Shown: one piece after another, positions 8,582 to 17,912 of the stretch
How positions within the stretch are numbered: position 1 is the stretch's first letter
Layout of the letters: each line of letters opens with the position of its first letter
Source: Coriobacteriales bacterium
GTDB lineage: Bacteria; Actinomycetota; Coriobacteriia; Coriobacteriales; QAMH01
Length of the DNA stretch: 55,930 bases
Assembly (NCBI GenBank): GCA_051876105.1
Contig: JBJEHN010000106.1
Coordinates: 1 to 55,930 of the forward strand
Direction of reading: 5' to 3'
The notes under the pieces: generated by a model
The model's input: the letters and a program-made list of their open reading frames with translations, nothing else
What the model was told of the DNA's origin: nothing
The model's database searches: none
Program-made: the position numbers and the translations under genes

Positions 8582-9922
8582 TTACTTGTGGTTCTCTTCC
8601 TCCATGCTCAAGGGCTTGTCCTTGGGCTTGGGGTTGATGAACAGCGCCGCGATGAGCATCACCACGGAAAGCGGGATGATGGTGAGCAGGCAGGCGTCGA
8701 GGAAGCTGTGCCCGCCGTCGATCAAGCCGCCATAGATGGGGCTGAAGCAGTTGCCGATGCACTGCGCGAACTGCAGCACTGCCATGCCCATGGTGGCCGC
8801 CATGGCGGACTGGTTCATGATGGTGGGAGCCAGGGGCCTCAGGCCGCCGCCACCCGCGCCGCCGCAGATGCCCATGAGGACGATGCCCACCCACAGCAGG
8901 GTGCTCGAGCCGCTCTGGAACATCAGGTAGAAGCACAGCACGTAGGAGACAGCCACGAAGGCCGGCATGAGCCTCTTGAACTTGAGCGGCAGCTTGTTGG
9001 TGATGGCGCCACCCAAGGGGTTGGCCACCAGCGAGATGGCAGTGACCACGGAAAGGCCCAGGGCCGCCGTCTGCTCCGGATAGCCGTAACCGCCGGCATC
9101 AACCGGCGTTTGTAGGAAGACCGGCAGGTAGGTGTTCACGATGCCCGTCTGGCCGGCGATGAAGACCAAGAAGACCACGAAGAGCAGCCAGATGTTCTTG
9201 TTCTTGAGCAGGGCCAGGCACTCGCCGATGTTGTTCTCGACGTTGTAGCTAGCGCCTTCGCCTTCCGGCACCTTGTAGAAGATGTTGAACAGGATCAGCG
9301 CCACAGCCGCGAAGATGATCACAAACCAGAACACGCCCTGCCAGCCAAAGCTCGCGGCGATGCTGGGGGTGACCAGCGCGTCGAGCGTGATGGAGAGCGG
9401 CACCCAGCAGCACCACAGGCCGAGCATGACGCCTCGCGTCTTGTCCGGGAACCACAGGGTGATCAGAGTTGGCGCGGAGACACCCACCAGGCCGATGCCC
9501 AGGCCCTCGATGAAGCGGCCGATGTAGAGCGCCGTGATGTTGGTGCCAGCCAAAACGGGGATCAGGCCGCCGATAATCACGCCCAGGGTGGCGATGGTGA
9601 TGGTCCAGCGCAGGCCCAGCTTGCGGCAGATGAACGCCGCCGGGAAGGCCAGCACGATGCCGATGAGCGAAACACAGGTCATGAGCCAGCCAAAGCCGGC
9701 ACCGTCGAGCATGAAGCCGCCCTCAGGGCTGATACCGGGGATGAAGATGAAATACGTGGGGATGTTCACCAGCTTGAACTGGCCCAGCGGGGCCGCAAAG
9801 CTCACGAGGAAGGTGACGATCCAGATGACCCATGCGTAGCGCGGGGTCTTTTCCTCATAGCGGTTGATGGGGCTTTCGGCATAGGGCCGGGGTTGTTTCA
9901 GTACAGCACTGTCTTTTTCCAT
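8582..9922 (-). CDS. MFS transporter (paralog B)
   Basis: Same motifs and long identical stretches as 1234..2583. Confidence 0.9.
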   Translation of the reverse strand: MEKDSAVLKQPRPYAESPINRYEEKTPRYAWVIWIVTFLVSFAAPLGQFKLVNIPTYFIFIPGISPEGGFMLDGAGFGWLMTCVSLIGIVLAFPAAFICRKLGLRWTITIATLGVIIGGLIPVLAGTNITALYIGRFIEGLGIGLVGVSAPTLITLWFPDKTRGVMLGLWCCWVPLSITLDALVTPSIAASFGWQGVFWFVIIFAAVALILFNIFYKVPEGEGASYNVENNIGECLALLKNKNIWLLFVVFLVFIAGQTGIVNTYLPVFLQTPVDAGGYGYPEQTAALGLSVVTAISLVANPLGGAITNKLPLKFKRLMPAFVAVSYVLCFYLMFQSGSSTLLWVGIVLMGICGGAGGGGLRPLAPTIMNQSAMAATMGMAVLQFAQCIGNCFSPIYGGLIDGGHSFLDACLLTIIPLSVVMLIAALFINPKPKDKPLSMEEENHK

Positions 9923-10099
9923 GATGGTACTTTCTCTTGGAATCGCTTCTCAGATACAGTCATGTGCGAGTAACGAGCTGGGCTCGCACTCCCGCCCGCA
10001 ACGCGGGAGCAAACAGTGGCCATATCACCGCCTCTCTAAATCGAGCGACGCGCAATACCGCGCGGAGGCTATGGTCAACCTCCCCGCGGCAGCTGCCCC

Positions 10100-10663
10100 C
10101 TAGCGGCAGCAAGGCTCCTCTTCGAAGGGAACGGGGTCGTTTTCGACCTCCCATTCCTCGAAGATCACCGTGTTGTGGAACTTGTAAACGCCGTAGATGC
10201 CCGTGAACTTCAAACCGGCGCACTTGAAAGTGCCGCCTATGGAGGTCACGAACTCCGCAGCCCTCGTGTTGAAGCCCTTGCTGGGGAAGACATAGAAGTC
10301 CGCCACGGTATCTTTGCTGCCCAAGGGAGCGATGAAGATGCCGGAGCCGAACTCAACGGGGATGCCCTGGGTCTTCAGGCGCATGTTGGGGATGGCGATC
10401 TTGGGCTCGAAGCGGTCTACCCACTTGCGGTGCGCGAGCTTTGCCCACGCCGCCCAGACGTCGGTCTCCTTCATCGCATCGTCTGCAAAAAGGGCGTCGA
10501 AGTACTCGTTGTAGGTGCTCGCGTTTTGCGCGTAGACCTCGTAACCAGGGCGGAACTCCCCTGCCAGGGTCACGAAGAGGAAGAGCTTCTCGAGCTCGAC
10601 CCGCTTGCGCGGCGATGCGGCCTGGATGCTCTCATTGAGTTGCTTTGCGTTCATGGTGCTCAC
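10100..10663 (-). CDS. Hypothetical soluble protein
   Basis: GAGGTG RBS, host-like codon usage, natural composition; no motif recognised. Confidence 0.7.
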   Translation of the reverse strand: MSTMNAKQLNESIQAASPRKRVELEKLFLFVTLAGEFRPGYEVYAQNASTYNEYFDALFADDAMKETDVWAAWAKLAHRKWVDRFEPKIAIPNMRLKTQGIPVEFGSGIFIAPLGSKDTVADFYVFPSKGFNTRAAEFVTSIGGTFKCAGLKFTGIYGVYKFHNTVIFEEWEVENDPVPFEEEPCCR

Positions 10664-10745
10664 TCACCTCTTGTGCTGGGATTGCAGGGCGCAGTACCCA
10701 CGCCCCGGTGCAGCTGGGGCCGAACAGGATGACGTGGGGGGGATA

Positions 10746-10780
10746 GCTGGCGGGAGGAAGTGCTGCAACCTCCCGCCAGC
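10746..10780. terminator. Hairpin after Mo enzyme 2 operon
   Basis: GCTGGCGGGAGG/CCTCCCGCCAGC 12-bp stem. Confidence 0.55.
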
Positions 10781-10818
10781 GTGGTTCTAGGCAGCGGCGC
10801 TAGCCGCAAACGGCGCGC

Positions 10819-11178
10819 TTAAGCGCAGGGGGGAACCCAGAGGTACTGCCAAGGCTTGGCCTCGAGGTCCTTTGCGAGCTCCTCAACCGGGCCGAACTTC
10901 ATGCACTTGGCCTGGCAGTGGTACACGCAGGTAGGCTGCTTGCCTTCCTTCAAGCGGTTCTCGCACAGGTCGCAGATCTTGGAGAACGCGGGGATGAAGT
11001 CGTAGACGTAGTTGTCGGTCTCGTTGCCCTCGGCGTCCTTGATGGGCCAGGGGCCGTTCTGCATCAGCTTGACGCCCCACTGGCCGAGCGGGAGCTCATG
11101 CTCGGACTGGCAGGCCACCTCGCAGCTGTAGCAACCCGTGCAGTACTGGTAATCGACGAGAATTCCGTTGCGTGCCAT
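10819..11178 (-). CDS. Small 4Fe-4S subunit of Mo enzyme 2
   Basis: MARNGILVDYQYCTGCYSCEVAC...CDLC...CVYHCQAKC; TAATG coupling with the catalytic gene. Confidence 0.9.
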   Translation of the reverse strand: MARNGILVDYQYCTGCYSCEVACQSEHELPLGQWGVKLMQNGPWPIKDAEGNETDNYVYDFIPAFSKICDLCENRLKEGKQPTCVYHCQAKCMKFGPVEELAKDLEAKPWQYLWVPPCA

Positions 11179-13568
11179 TAGAGCTCCTCCTCCTTGCAGC
11201 GGTAGATCTTGCACAGGGTGCACTTAAGGTCTGCACCAAAGCCGGTCTTGCCGGGCTTGTTGGCCAGCAGCTGGTTGATGTTGGACTGGCGGAAGCCGTA
11301 CAGGCAGGGCTCGGCGCCGTCCTGCTCGGGGAACCACCAGCCGTGCTGTGCGGCGATGGTGCCCTCGTGGACCTCGTAGGTCACGCGTGCGCGCTGGCGT
11401 GCGCGGCCGCGGTGGTTCTCCATCCACACCCAGTCGCCCTCGCAGATGTTGTGCTTGGCGGCATCGCGCGGGTGGATCTGAACCCAGGGGTCCGGGGTGA
11501 GCTGGCGCAGATAGGGGATCTGGCGATGCTCGGAGTGGAAGAAGGAGGTGGTGCGGGCGCCGGTGATCATGATCATCGGGTAGTCCTCATAGAGGTCCGG
11601 GGTGGTCACAGGGCCGATGCCGGGCTCCTCGATGTAGGGCAGCGGGTCGTAGTCGAAGGCCTCGAACAGCGTGGAGTAGAACTCGACGCGGCCGGTGGGG
11701 GTGTTGAAGCCGGGCTGGCCGTCGGAGCGCATGAGGCCCTTCTCGTACTTCTTGTACTCGTACTTCTGGTAGGCCGGGCCGTGCTCCATCAGCTCGCGGA
11801 AGGTCATGCCCGAGGGCTTGACGATCTCGTCGTAGACCTCGTCCTCGGTAGCCCACGGCCAGCAGTTCTGCTCCAGCGGGCGGCCGATGGCCTTCTTGAA
11901 CTCGTCGTCGCGGTCGAAGAACTGGGAGAGCTCGCGGTTGATCTCGCAGTCAGACTTTGCCTCGCCCTGGGTGGCGCAGCCGCCGGTGATGGCGGAGAGG
12001 AAGTAGTAGTGCGCGCGGACGGAGTGCTTCTCTGCCCAGGTCTGAACGGGCAGGACGATGTCTGCGCAAGCCTGGATGGTGGGGGTCATGAAGATGTCGC
12101 ACGCGGCGATGAACTCAGGCTTCTTCATGGCCTTACACCAGCGGTCGACCTCGCAGCTCATGCAGGCGATGCCGTTGGAGGTCTGGATCCAGACGCCCTT
12201 CACGAGGCCCTGCTCCATGAACTCGAGGCACATGTCCGGCATAGCCTGGGTGAGGCCGTAGCGGTACATGGGGAATTCCTTCCAGCCAACGCGCTTCTTC
12301 TGGGTCTCCTCGGTGATGAGGTCGTAGATGCCCCAAGCGCCTGCGGAGGGCTGGTCGACGCCCATGGGGGACGCGGTGTAGCACATGCCACCGGGCACAT
12401 CGAGGTTGCCGGTGATGGTCCACAGAGCGGCGATAGCAGCGGCGCAGGGAGTGCCCTGGGACTGCATGTCGACAGCCAGACCCCACACGACGTTAGCGGG
12501 CTTGGAAGTGGCGAACAGGCGGGCAGCGGCGATGATCTTCTCCTTGGGAACCCAGGTCATCTCCTCGACCTGCTCGAGGGAGAGCTCGCGGGCGCGCTCG
12601 GCCAGCTCCTCGAAGCCGTAGGTCCAGTTGTCGACGAAGCCATGATCGTAGAGGTCCTCGTCGACGATGACCTTGATCATCGCCAGGGCGAGGGCGGTGT
12701 CGGTGCCGGGGCGCAGCTGCAGGTGGATGTCTGCGTGCGCTGCCAACCAGGTGACGCGGGGCTCGACGGAGATGAGCTTGCAGCCGAGCTTCATGGCGTC
12801 CGTGACCCAGTGGCCCATGAAGAAGTCCGGGTTGGAGATGGTGGGGTTGCAGCCCCAGACGATGGTGCACTCAGGGCAGGTCCACTCGGGATCGTCGTAG
12901 CGCAGCGGGCTGAACTGGGCGAAGTCGGCGATGAGCATGCCGCCGTAGGTCATGATCATCAGGGACAGGCGGGGCAGGTAGCAGGCGGTACCGGACAGGA
13001 AGCCGTACTCGTTGGGGCTACCCATGGTGTTGACCATACGGCCGACCTGCCACTGGTTGTCACGGGCGGTGCCGCGCAGGCCGTGGATGGAGTCGCCGCC
13101 GTAGGTCATAGCGATGCGGCGGAACTCCTTGTAGCAGGTCTCCAGGGCCTCGTCCCAGGAGATGCGGGTCCACTTGTTCTCGCCGCGCTCGCCAGCGCGC
13201 TTCATGGGGTACAGGATGCGGTCCGGGTGGAACTCGACCTGCTTGAAAGCCAGGCAGCGGGGGCACAGGGCGCCGCGGTTGTAGGGGTCGTCCGGGTCGC
13301 CTTCGAGCTTGATGAACTTGCCGGTCTCCTTGTCGGAGTAGATCAGGACGCCGCAGCCCTCATGGCAGCCGGGGGCAGACCAGACGGAGGTGCGGGTGAC
13401 GGTCATGCCGTCTTCCTCGTACTGCCACTCGCCAGGGTGCTTCCAGCGAGGGTCGATCACCTGAGCCTGGCCAGCACCGAAATTGAACTGGTTCTCCTCT
13501 TTGGAGTTACCGATATCGTTGCGGTCGACGCCGTCGATAGTGGTCTCCATGGGCTCTTTCTCAGCCAT
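11178..13568 (-). CDS. Molybdopterin oxidoreductase 2, catechol dehydroxylase-like catalytic subunit
   Basis: WSAPGCHEGCG, GALCPRC, SGTACYLPR, TPTGRVE, FHSEHRQ, HGWWFPE; start set at MAEKEP after a GAGGG RBS; no Tat signal. Confidence 0.9.
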   Translation of the reverse strand: MAEKEPMETTIDGVDRNDIGNSKEENQFNFGAGQAQVIDPRWKHPGEWQYEEDGMTVTRTSVWSAPGCHEGCGVLIYSDKETGKFIKLEGDPDDPYNRGALCPRCLAFKQVEFHPDRILYPMKRAGERGENKWTRISWDEALETCYKEFRRIAMTYGGDSIHGLRGTARDNQWQVGRMVNTMGSPNEYGFLSGTACYLPRLSLMIMTYGGMLIADFAQFSPLRYDDPEWTCPECTIVWGCNPTISNPDFFMGHWVTDAMKLGCKLISVEPRVTWLAAHADIHLQLRPGTDTALALAMIKVIVDEDLYDHGFVDNWTYGFEELAERARELSLEQVEEMTWVPKEKIIAAARLFATSKPANVVWGLAVDMQSQGTPCAAAIAALWTITGNLDVPGGMCYTASPMGVDQPSAGAWGIYDLITEETQKKRVGWKEFPMYRYGLTQAMPDMCLEFMEQGLVKGVWIQTSNGIACMSCEVDRWCKAMKKPEFIAACDIFMTPTIQACADIVLPVQTWAEKHSVRAHYYFLSAITGGCATQGEAKSDCEINRELSQFFDRDDEFKKAIGRPLEQNCWPWATEDEVYDEIVKPSGMTFRELMEHGPAYQKYEYKKYEKGLMRSDGQPGFNTPTGRVEFYSTLFEAFDYDPLPYIEEPGIGPVTTPDLYEDYPMIMITGARTTSFFHSEHRQIPYLRQLTPDPWVQIHPRDAAKHNICEGDWVWMENHRGRARQRARVTYEVHEGTIAAQHGWWFPEQDGAEPCLYGFRQSNINQLLANKPGKTGFGADLKCTLCKIYRCKEEEL

Positions 13569-13758
13569 AGTTCCCTCTTTCTCTCTCTTGGGAACGGCGC
13601 CTCTCCACGGCGCGCCCCAAAGCGGGATGGAGGAAATCACCTCGGATAGCACTGCCAGGTATCTTCCCCAGAGCAGCATTCCCCCAGCCCTCGACAGAGT
13701 GGATTTAAGCAGGGCCGAGTAATCCCTATCATCCCGCGATAGGTGCGTAATCCTGCAA

Positions 13759-13777
13759 ATCAGTACGCTGGTATGAG
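13759..13777. promoter_or_regulatory. 19-bp imperfect palindrome (shared operator-like motif)
   Basis: ATCAGTACGCTGGTATGAG (reverse complement CTCATACCAGCGTACTGAT) upstream of Mo enzyme 2. Confidence 0.45.
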
Positions 13778-13833
13778 ACGGAGTATGAGGCCATTGAGCT
13801 GGGAAAAGAGGGGTTTGAAGAAGCAGTGTCCCT

Positions 13834-13971
13834 GTCATTTCGACCGGAGGCGCGAAGCGCCGGAGTGGAGAATCTCAGGTTGAGCCGCAAGACCACCTCT
13901 CCCGACTCCCGGACCCCCGGCTCCACCCGAGATTTCTCCACGCGCTCGCTTACGCTCGCTTGGTTGATGAC
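13834..13971. repeat. REP-like palindromic repeat, divergent subfamily (copy 3)
   Basis: GTCATTTCGACCGGAG...GTGGAGAATCTC / GAGATTTCTCCAC...GATGAC; same architecture as the other copies. Confidence 0.7.
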
Positions 13972-14017
13972 GTGTTGAGGGGGCGCCGCTGACGAGGACG
14001 TGAGGGGCAGGTACCCT

Positions 14018-15535
14018 CTATTCGCTGCGGGTGAAGCGGGCGAGCTCTTCTTCGCTCAGGGGGTACTCCTCGATGAAGTCCATGAGCTTTTGCTGGGAGT
14101 GGATGTCGAACTTGCGGTAGATGCTGTAGATATGACTCTTGACGGTGTGTGGGGAGATGCAGAGCTTTTCCTGCAGGTAGGCGGCATTGCGGCCGCGCGC
14201 CAGGTAGCCCAGGATGTCGCTTTCGCGCGGGGAGAGCTTGTAGAGCTCTGCCGCGGCGGCGCACTTGGCATCGAAGATCTCGCTTTCAGAAAGCTCGACG
14301 GAGACGATCTGCTTTTCCCCGCTTTCTCCCATGAGCTTGGAGACAGCGTTTTGGTCGTGATGGTGGACGTCTGGCATGCAGAGCACGAAGACAAGCACCA
14401 GGCAGACAGCCATAGCCAGATGCATATAGCCGAAGATTTCTGAGTGGGCATCGGAGTAGAGGGTAATGCAGGAAGACAGCAGCCAGCCCAGGAAGAAGCC
14501 GATCGCGCGGAAGGAGAGGCGCAACGGCAGCTGGCGGAAGGCGGGCGCACACCAGCCGTTCTCCTTGGTCTTGCGCACCATGAGAGCGTAGTTTATCGCC
14601 ATGATGCCCGCCCAAGAGGCGACCATCAGGCCCACGATCACCAGCTGCAGGTGGTCTGGCGCGAAGGGCATGGTAATGCAGGTGAGCACTGTGAGGAAGA
14701 GCAGGGCGCGTTGGGCGACGGTGATGCCAACCTCCTTGCCAGCCAGGGTGAGCACGACCATGAGCGCCGCGCCGACAAGCACGAAGAGCAGGCCGATGAT
14801 GAGGGTCTTGCCGCCGCAGTTGAACAGGTAGACGAAGGTCGAGCCGAAGACCATGCCGTAGGCAACCATGAGGGGCTCGATCTCTCTGGTGAACTTCCAC
14901 TTGGGGGCTGTGAGCTCCTTGAGAGCGCATTTGTCGTTGGCGGGGCAGCGCGGGCTGATGTAGTGCACGAGCATGAGCGAGCCAAGGCCAAACGCGCCGG
15001 TGAACACGAACTGCAGCAGCGAGGGCATGGCCATGACGAGGGCGAAGAGCGCTGCGCCAGCGAGCATCGAGAAGCTGGTGAAGCGGTACTCCTCCCCGCT
15101 TTCCATGCGGCTGCAGATGTCGAGCCACAGGACCACGCCGCCAGCGCCGGCGATGCCGGTGAGGAGATTGGTGACGCAGTTGAGGGCCTCAGGCAGGTTG
15201 ATGCCAAAGCTCTCGGCGCAGGCGCAGCAGGGGGACAGCAGCATGCACACGCCGATGCCGATGAGCACCGGAGGCTCGAAGATGTTGAACGAGGCCCTGC
15301 GCCCTGCGACGTGGAAGCCCAAGTAACCAACCACAGTGCCCAAGAACACGAAGCTCTGGACCACATCCTTGTTGCCCAGGGGCAGGTCGCGCAGAATCTC
15401 AGAGTAGAACCAGTAGAAGCACACGAGCATCCAAGCGAAGTAGAGGGCAAAGCCCACCATACCCAACAACTCGATAGCGGTCAGATCAGACTTGCTTGTT
15501 CGATCTTTCTCCCCGTTGCCGGCGGACTCAGCCAT
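14018..15535 (-). CDS. Transmembrane one-component LuxR-family regulator
   Basis: Multi-TM domain plus LSPRESDILGYLARGRNAAYLQEKLCISPHTVKSHIYSIYRK HTH; start MAESAG after a GAGGGGGAG RBS. Confidence 0.9.
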   Translation of the reverse strand: MAESAGNGEKDRTSKSDLTAIELLGMVGFALYFAWMLVCFYWFYSEILRDLPLGNKDVVQSFVFLGTVVGYLGFHVAGRRASFNIFEPPVLIGIGVCMLLSPCCACAESFGINLPEALNCVTNLLTGIAGAGGVVLWLDICSRMESGEEYRFTSFSMLAGAALFALVMAMPSLLQFVFTGAFGLGSLMLVHYISPRCPANDKCALKELTAPKWKFTREIEPLMVAYGMVFGSTFVYLFNCGGKTLIIGLLFVLVGAALMVVLTLAGKEVGITVAQRALLFLTVLTCITMPFAPDHLQLVIVGLMVASWAGIMAINYALMVRKTKENGWCAPAFRQLPLRLSFRAIGFFLGWLLSSCITLYSDAHSEIFGYMHLAMAVCLVLVFVLCMPDVHHHDQNAVSKLMGESGEKQIVSVELSESEIFDAKCAAAAELYKLSPRESDILGYLARGRNAAYLQEKLCISPHTVKSHIYSIYRKFDIHSQQKLMDFIEEYPLSEEELARFTRSE

Positions 15536-15715
15536 TGAAATCTCCCCCTCGAACACTTGTGGCGTTTGTCCTTTTGGCGTCCTCCAAACGGTGCACAAAA
15601 CGCAGAATGTCTAGCTGACTTAGTGTAACCCTACAAAGATTCTACGTAAGCAAACTTATTATCTATTCTCTATAACGTTTATTTATCGATAGGGTATTTC
15701 AAATCGCGTGTGATA

Positions 15716-16219
15716 TTAATGCTGCCCCGGAGGTTTGATCCCCAGGCGCTGCGAAACGCTGGCTAGATCTGAAAAGCCCAGCTCCTTGCAAGCAGACGCC
15801 ACACCCGGTGTGGCGCCGGTGGCGTCATCGTCCATACCGTCGATCTTCTTGAGGACGGCAAAGCATGGGCGCTTGGCAGAAGCATCGTCTACCGGCGTCT
15901 GCCTGGCGTTCGCAGCTGCACTCGACTCACCCGGCAGCGCACCGCACGCCGGTGCCGGCGGGTTGTTGCCCACGTCAAGCAGCTGCGAGGCAGACGCCAT
16001 CGAGGTCGCAGAGCTCACGCCGTCTTCTCCCCCACCGCCGCCGAGCACCAGGCCCCAGGCCTCCATGCACTTGCCGCACTCCAGGCATACCTCGCAGCGC
16101 TTGTGAACGGTGAACTGCGAATTCCCGGCCTTGGACTCAGATTCGTCCTCAAAGCACCTGCCACAGAAGCGACACACCTTGCAGCGCGTGCCTGCCTTCC
16201 TCTGGGGTTGTTCGCTCAT
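15716..16219 (-). CDS. Cys-rich protein with two CxxCxxCxxC motifs and two flavinylation-like motifs
   Basis: CKVCRFCGRC, CEVCLECGKC, DGVSSAT, DDATGAT; GAGGGGAGGG RBS before ATG 16219. Confidence 0.7.
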   Translation of the reverse strand: MSEQPQRKAGTRCKVCRFCGRCFEDESESKAGNSQFTVHKRCEVCLECGKCMEAWGLVLGGGGGEDGVSSATSMASASQLLDVGNNPPAPACGALPGESSAAANARQTPVDDASAKRPCFAVLKKIDGMDDDATGATPGVASACKELGFSDLASVSQRLGIKPPGQH

Positions 16220-16333
16220 CTCTTCCCTCCCCTCTGGAAAACGTGGCAGAGCGCTCCGGGGATTGTTCGACCCGGAGCGCTCTGTCTTCACAGGGTTGCG
16301 GTTGCCCTCGGCACACCGCTCGGCGCATAACGC

Positions 16334-17794
16334 CTAGTGTTGCTCGGGCTTGCCAGCGGGAGCCTCGCCTGCAGCTGCAGCCTTAGGCTTGCTGGGCTTG
16401 ACGAGAACAGAGAGGACACAGCCCACGACGCCGATGGGGACCAGGGCCATGAAAGCCAGGCTCGGATCGACCATGATGCCGTTGGCAGCAGCCTCAGCAG
16501 CGGCCTGGCCGATTGCAGGGCCGAAGTCGGCCGGGGTGCCGCCAGCTGCCAGGACGGCCTGCTTGGCCTCGATGGCAACGTTGGAGGCTGCGGTGAGGCC
16601 CTCGTTGAAGGGGGCGAGCACATAGGAGGTCGCGATCTGGCCGGCGTACTGGCCGAGGGTCAGCAGCGAGAGGCCGAAGGCGACTGCGGTCTGGCCGCCC
16701 TTGAACACGAAGGTGGGGACCAGCGGACGGCAGCATGCGTTGAGCATCATGTTGCCCAGGCAGAAGAAGATCACGTAGGGGATGAAGAACTCGGCCTTGA
16801 AGGAGAGTGCAGAGCACACGGTGAGGCCGATGATGCCCACCACGACGCAGATGAACTTCTTGTCCTTGGGAGTCTTGTCCAGGATGAGGCCGCCGATGGG
16901 GGCCAGGGCGCCGCATGCGCAGATCAGGCCGCCGATGACGCCAGCGGTGGTGGCATCCCAGCCAAGGCCGCCGAGCAGGGTCGGGGTCTGCAGCCAGGTC
17001 TTGAGGTACTGAGAGAACGCATAGTTCATGTAGTTGAAGATGGCGAACATGAAGATGAGGCACCAGAGCTGGCGGCTCTTGAAGAACTTGAGGACGTCTT
17101 TGAGCGGCTTGCGCTCAGGGGAGACCTGGGAGCGCTCGTCCTCGCGCGGGCCGCGGAAGACCACGGCGAAGATGATGGCGACGACGACAACGAGGGCAAC
17201 CCACACCAGCTGCAGGGTGCCGACGTTCTGGCCGACGAGGTTGTAGATGCCGTCGTTGACGAAGTTTGAGCAGAAGATGCCGATGGGTGCCCAGGTAGAC
17301 CAGATGGCCATGGCGCGGCCGCGGGTTGCGTCGGGGAACCACAGGGACACGCAGGTGGGGCCAGCGACGATGGTGGTAGCCAGGCCCAGGCCCAGGACGA
17401 AGCGGCCCACCAGGAAGGCGTAGAAGTTGCCGCCCACGGTGAAGGCGCTGATCGCGCCGCCGACGATGGCCAGGGCCAGGCCGATGAGCGTGGTGACCTT
17501 GGCACCGAACTTGCGCACCAGGATGGTGGTGGGCAGGGCCATGATCAGGGCGCCGATGGGCACCAGGCCCATGACGTTGGAAAGCAGGGCATAGTTGGCC
17601 GGGTTCTGGAAGAACGGGTTGTTAGCCGTCAGCCAGCCCTTGAACACAGGGAAGGTCAGGCCAGGCAGCCACATCCAGATGAACACGATGCTGACCGCGG
17701 CCAGCAGGGACACAACGAGGCAGGGCCATGCGTAAGACGGGGTCTTTTCGGCCGGCTTAGCGGGGGCGCCTGCAGCTGCTGCAGTTGAAGTCAT
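16334..17794 (-). CDS. MFS transporter
   Basis: About 12 TM, 'GRFVLGLG', 'WFPDATRGRAMAIW'; start MTSTAA after a GAGGGG RBS. Confidence 0.9.
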   Translation of the reverse strand: MTSTAAAAGAPAKPAEKTPSYAWPCLVVSLLAAVSIVFIWMWLPGLTFPVFKGWLTANNPFFQNPANYALLSNVMGLVPIGALIMALPTTILVRKFGAKVTTLIGLALAIVGGAISAFTVGGNFYAFLVGRFVLGLGLATTIVAGPTCVSLWFPDATRGRAMAIWSTWAPIGIFCSNFVNDGIYNLVGQNVGTLQLVWVALVVVVAIIFAVVFRGPREDERSQVSPERKPLKDVLKFFKSRQLWCLIFMFAIFNYMNYAFSQYLKTWLQTPTLLGGLGWDATTAGVIGGLICACGALAPIGGLILDKTPKDKKFICVVVGIIGLTVCSALSFKAEFFIPYVIFFCLGNMMLNACCRPLVPTFVFKGGQTAVAFGLSLLTLGQYAGQIATSYVLAPFNEGLTAASNVAIEAKQAVLAAGGTPADFGPAIGQAAAEAAANGIMVDPSLAFMALVPIGVVGCVLSVLVKPSKPKAAAAGEAPAGKPEQH

Positions 17795-17912
17795 TGTCTT
17801 TCCCCTCTTTTGACTCGGGAAGGGGCACCGCCCTCCTTGCACGTGGCGGACCCCACACGCCGGCTGGTATCCCGCCAGCCGGCGTGTCTCATTAGTAAGT
17901 AGCGATCAACAA

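Noticed and set aside
13569-13838. N-terminal extensions of Mo enzymes 2 and 3 given by the ORF track (also 22090..22239)
   Set aside because: Internal ATGs have clear RBSs; the extensions overlap operator and repeat DNA and contain no Tat motif
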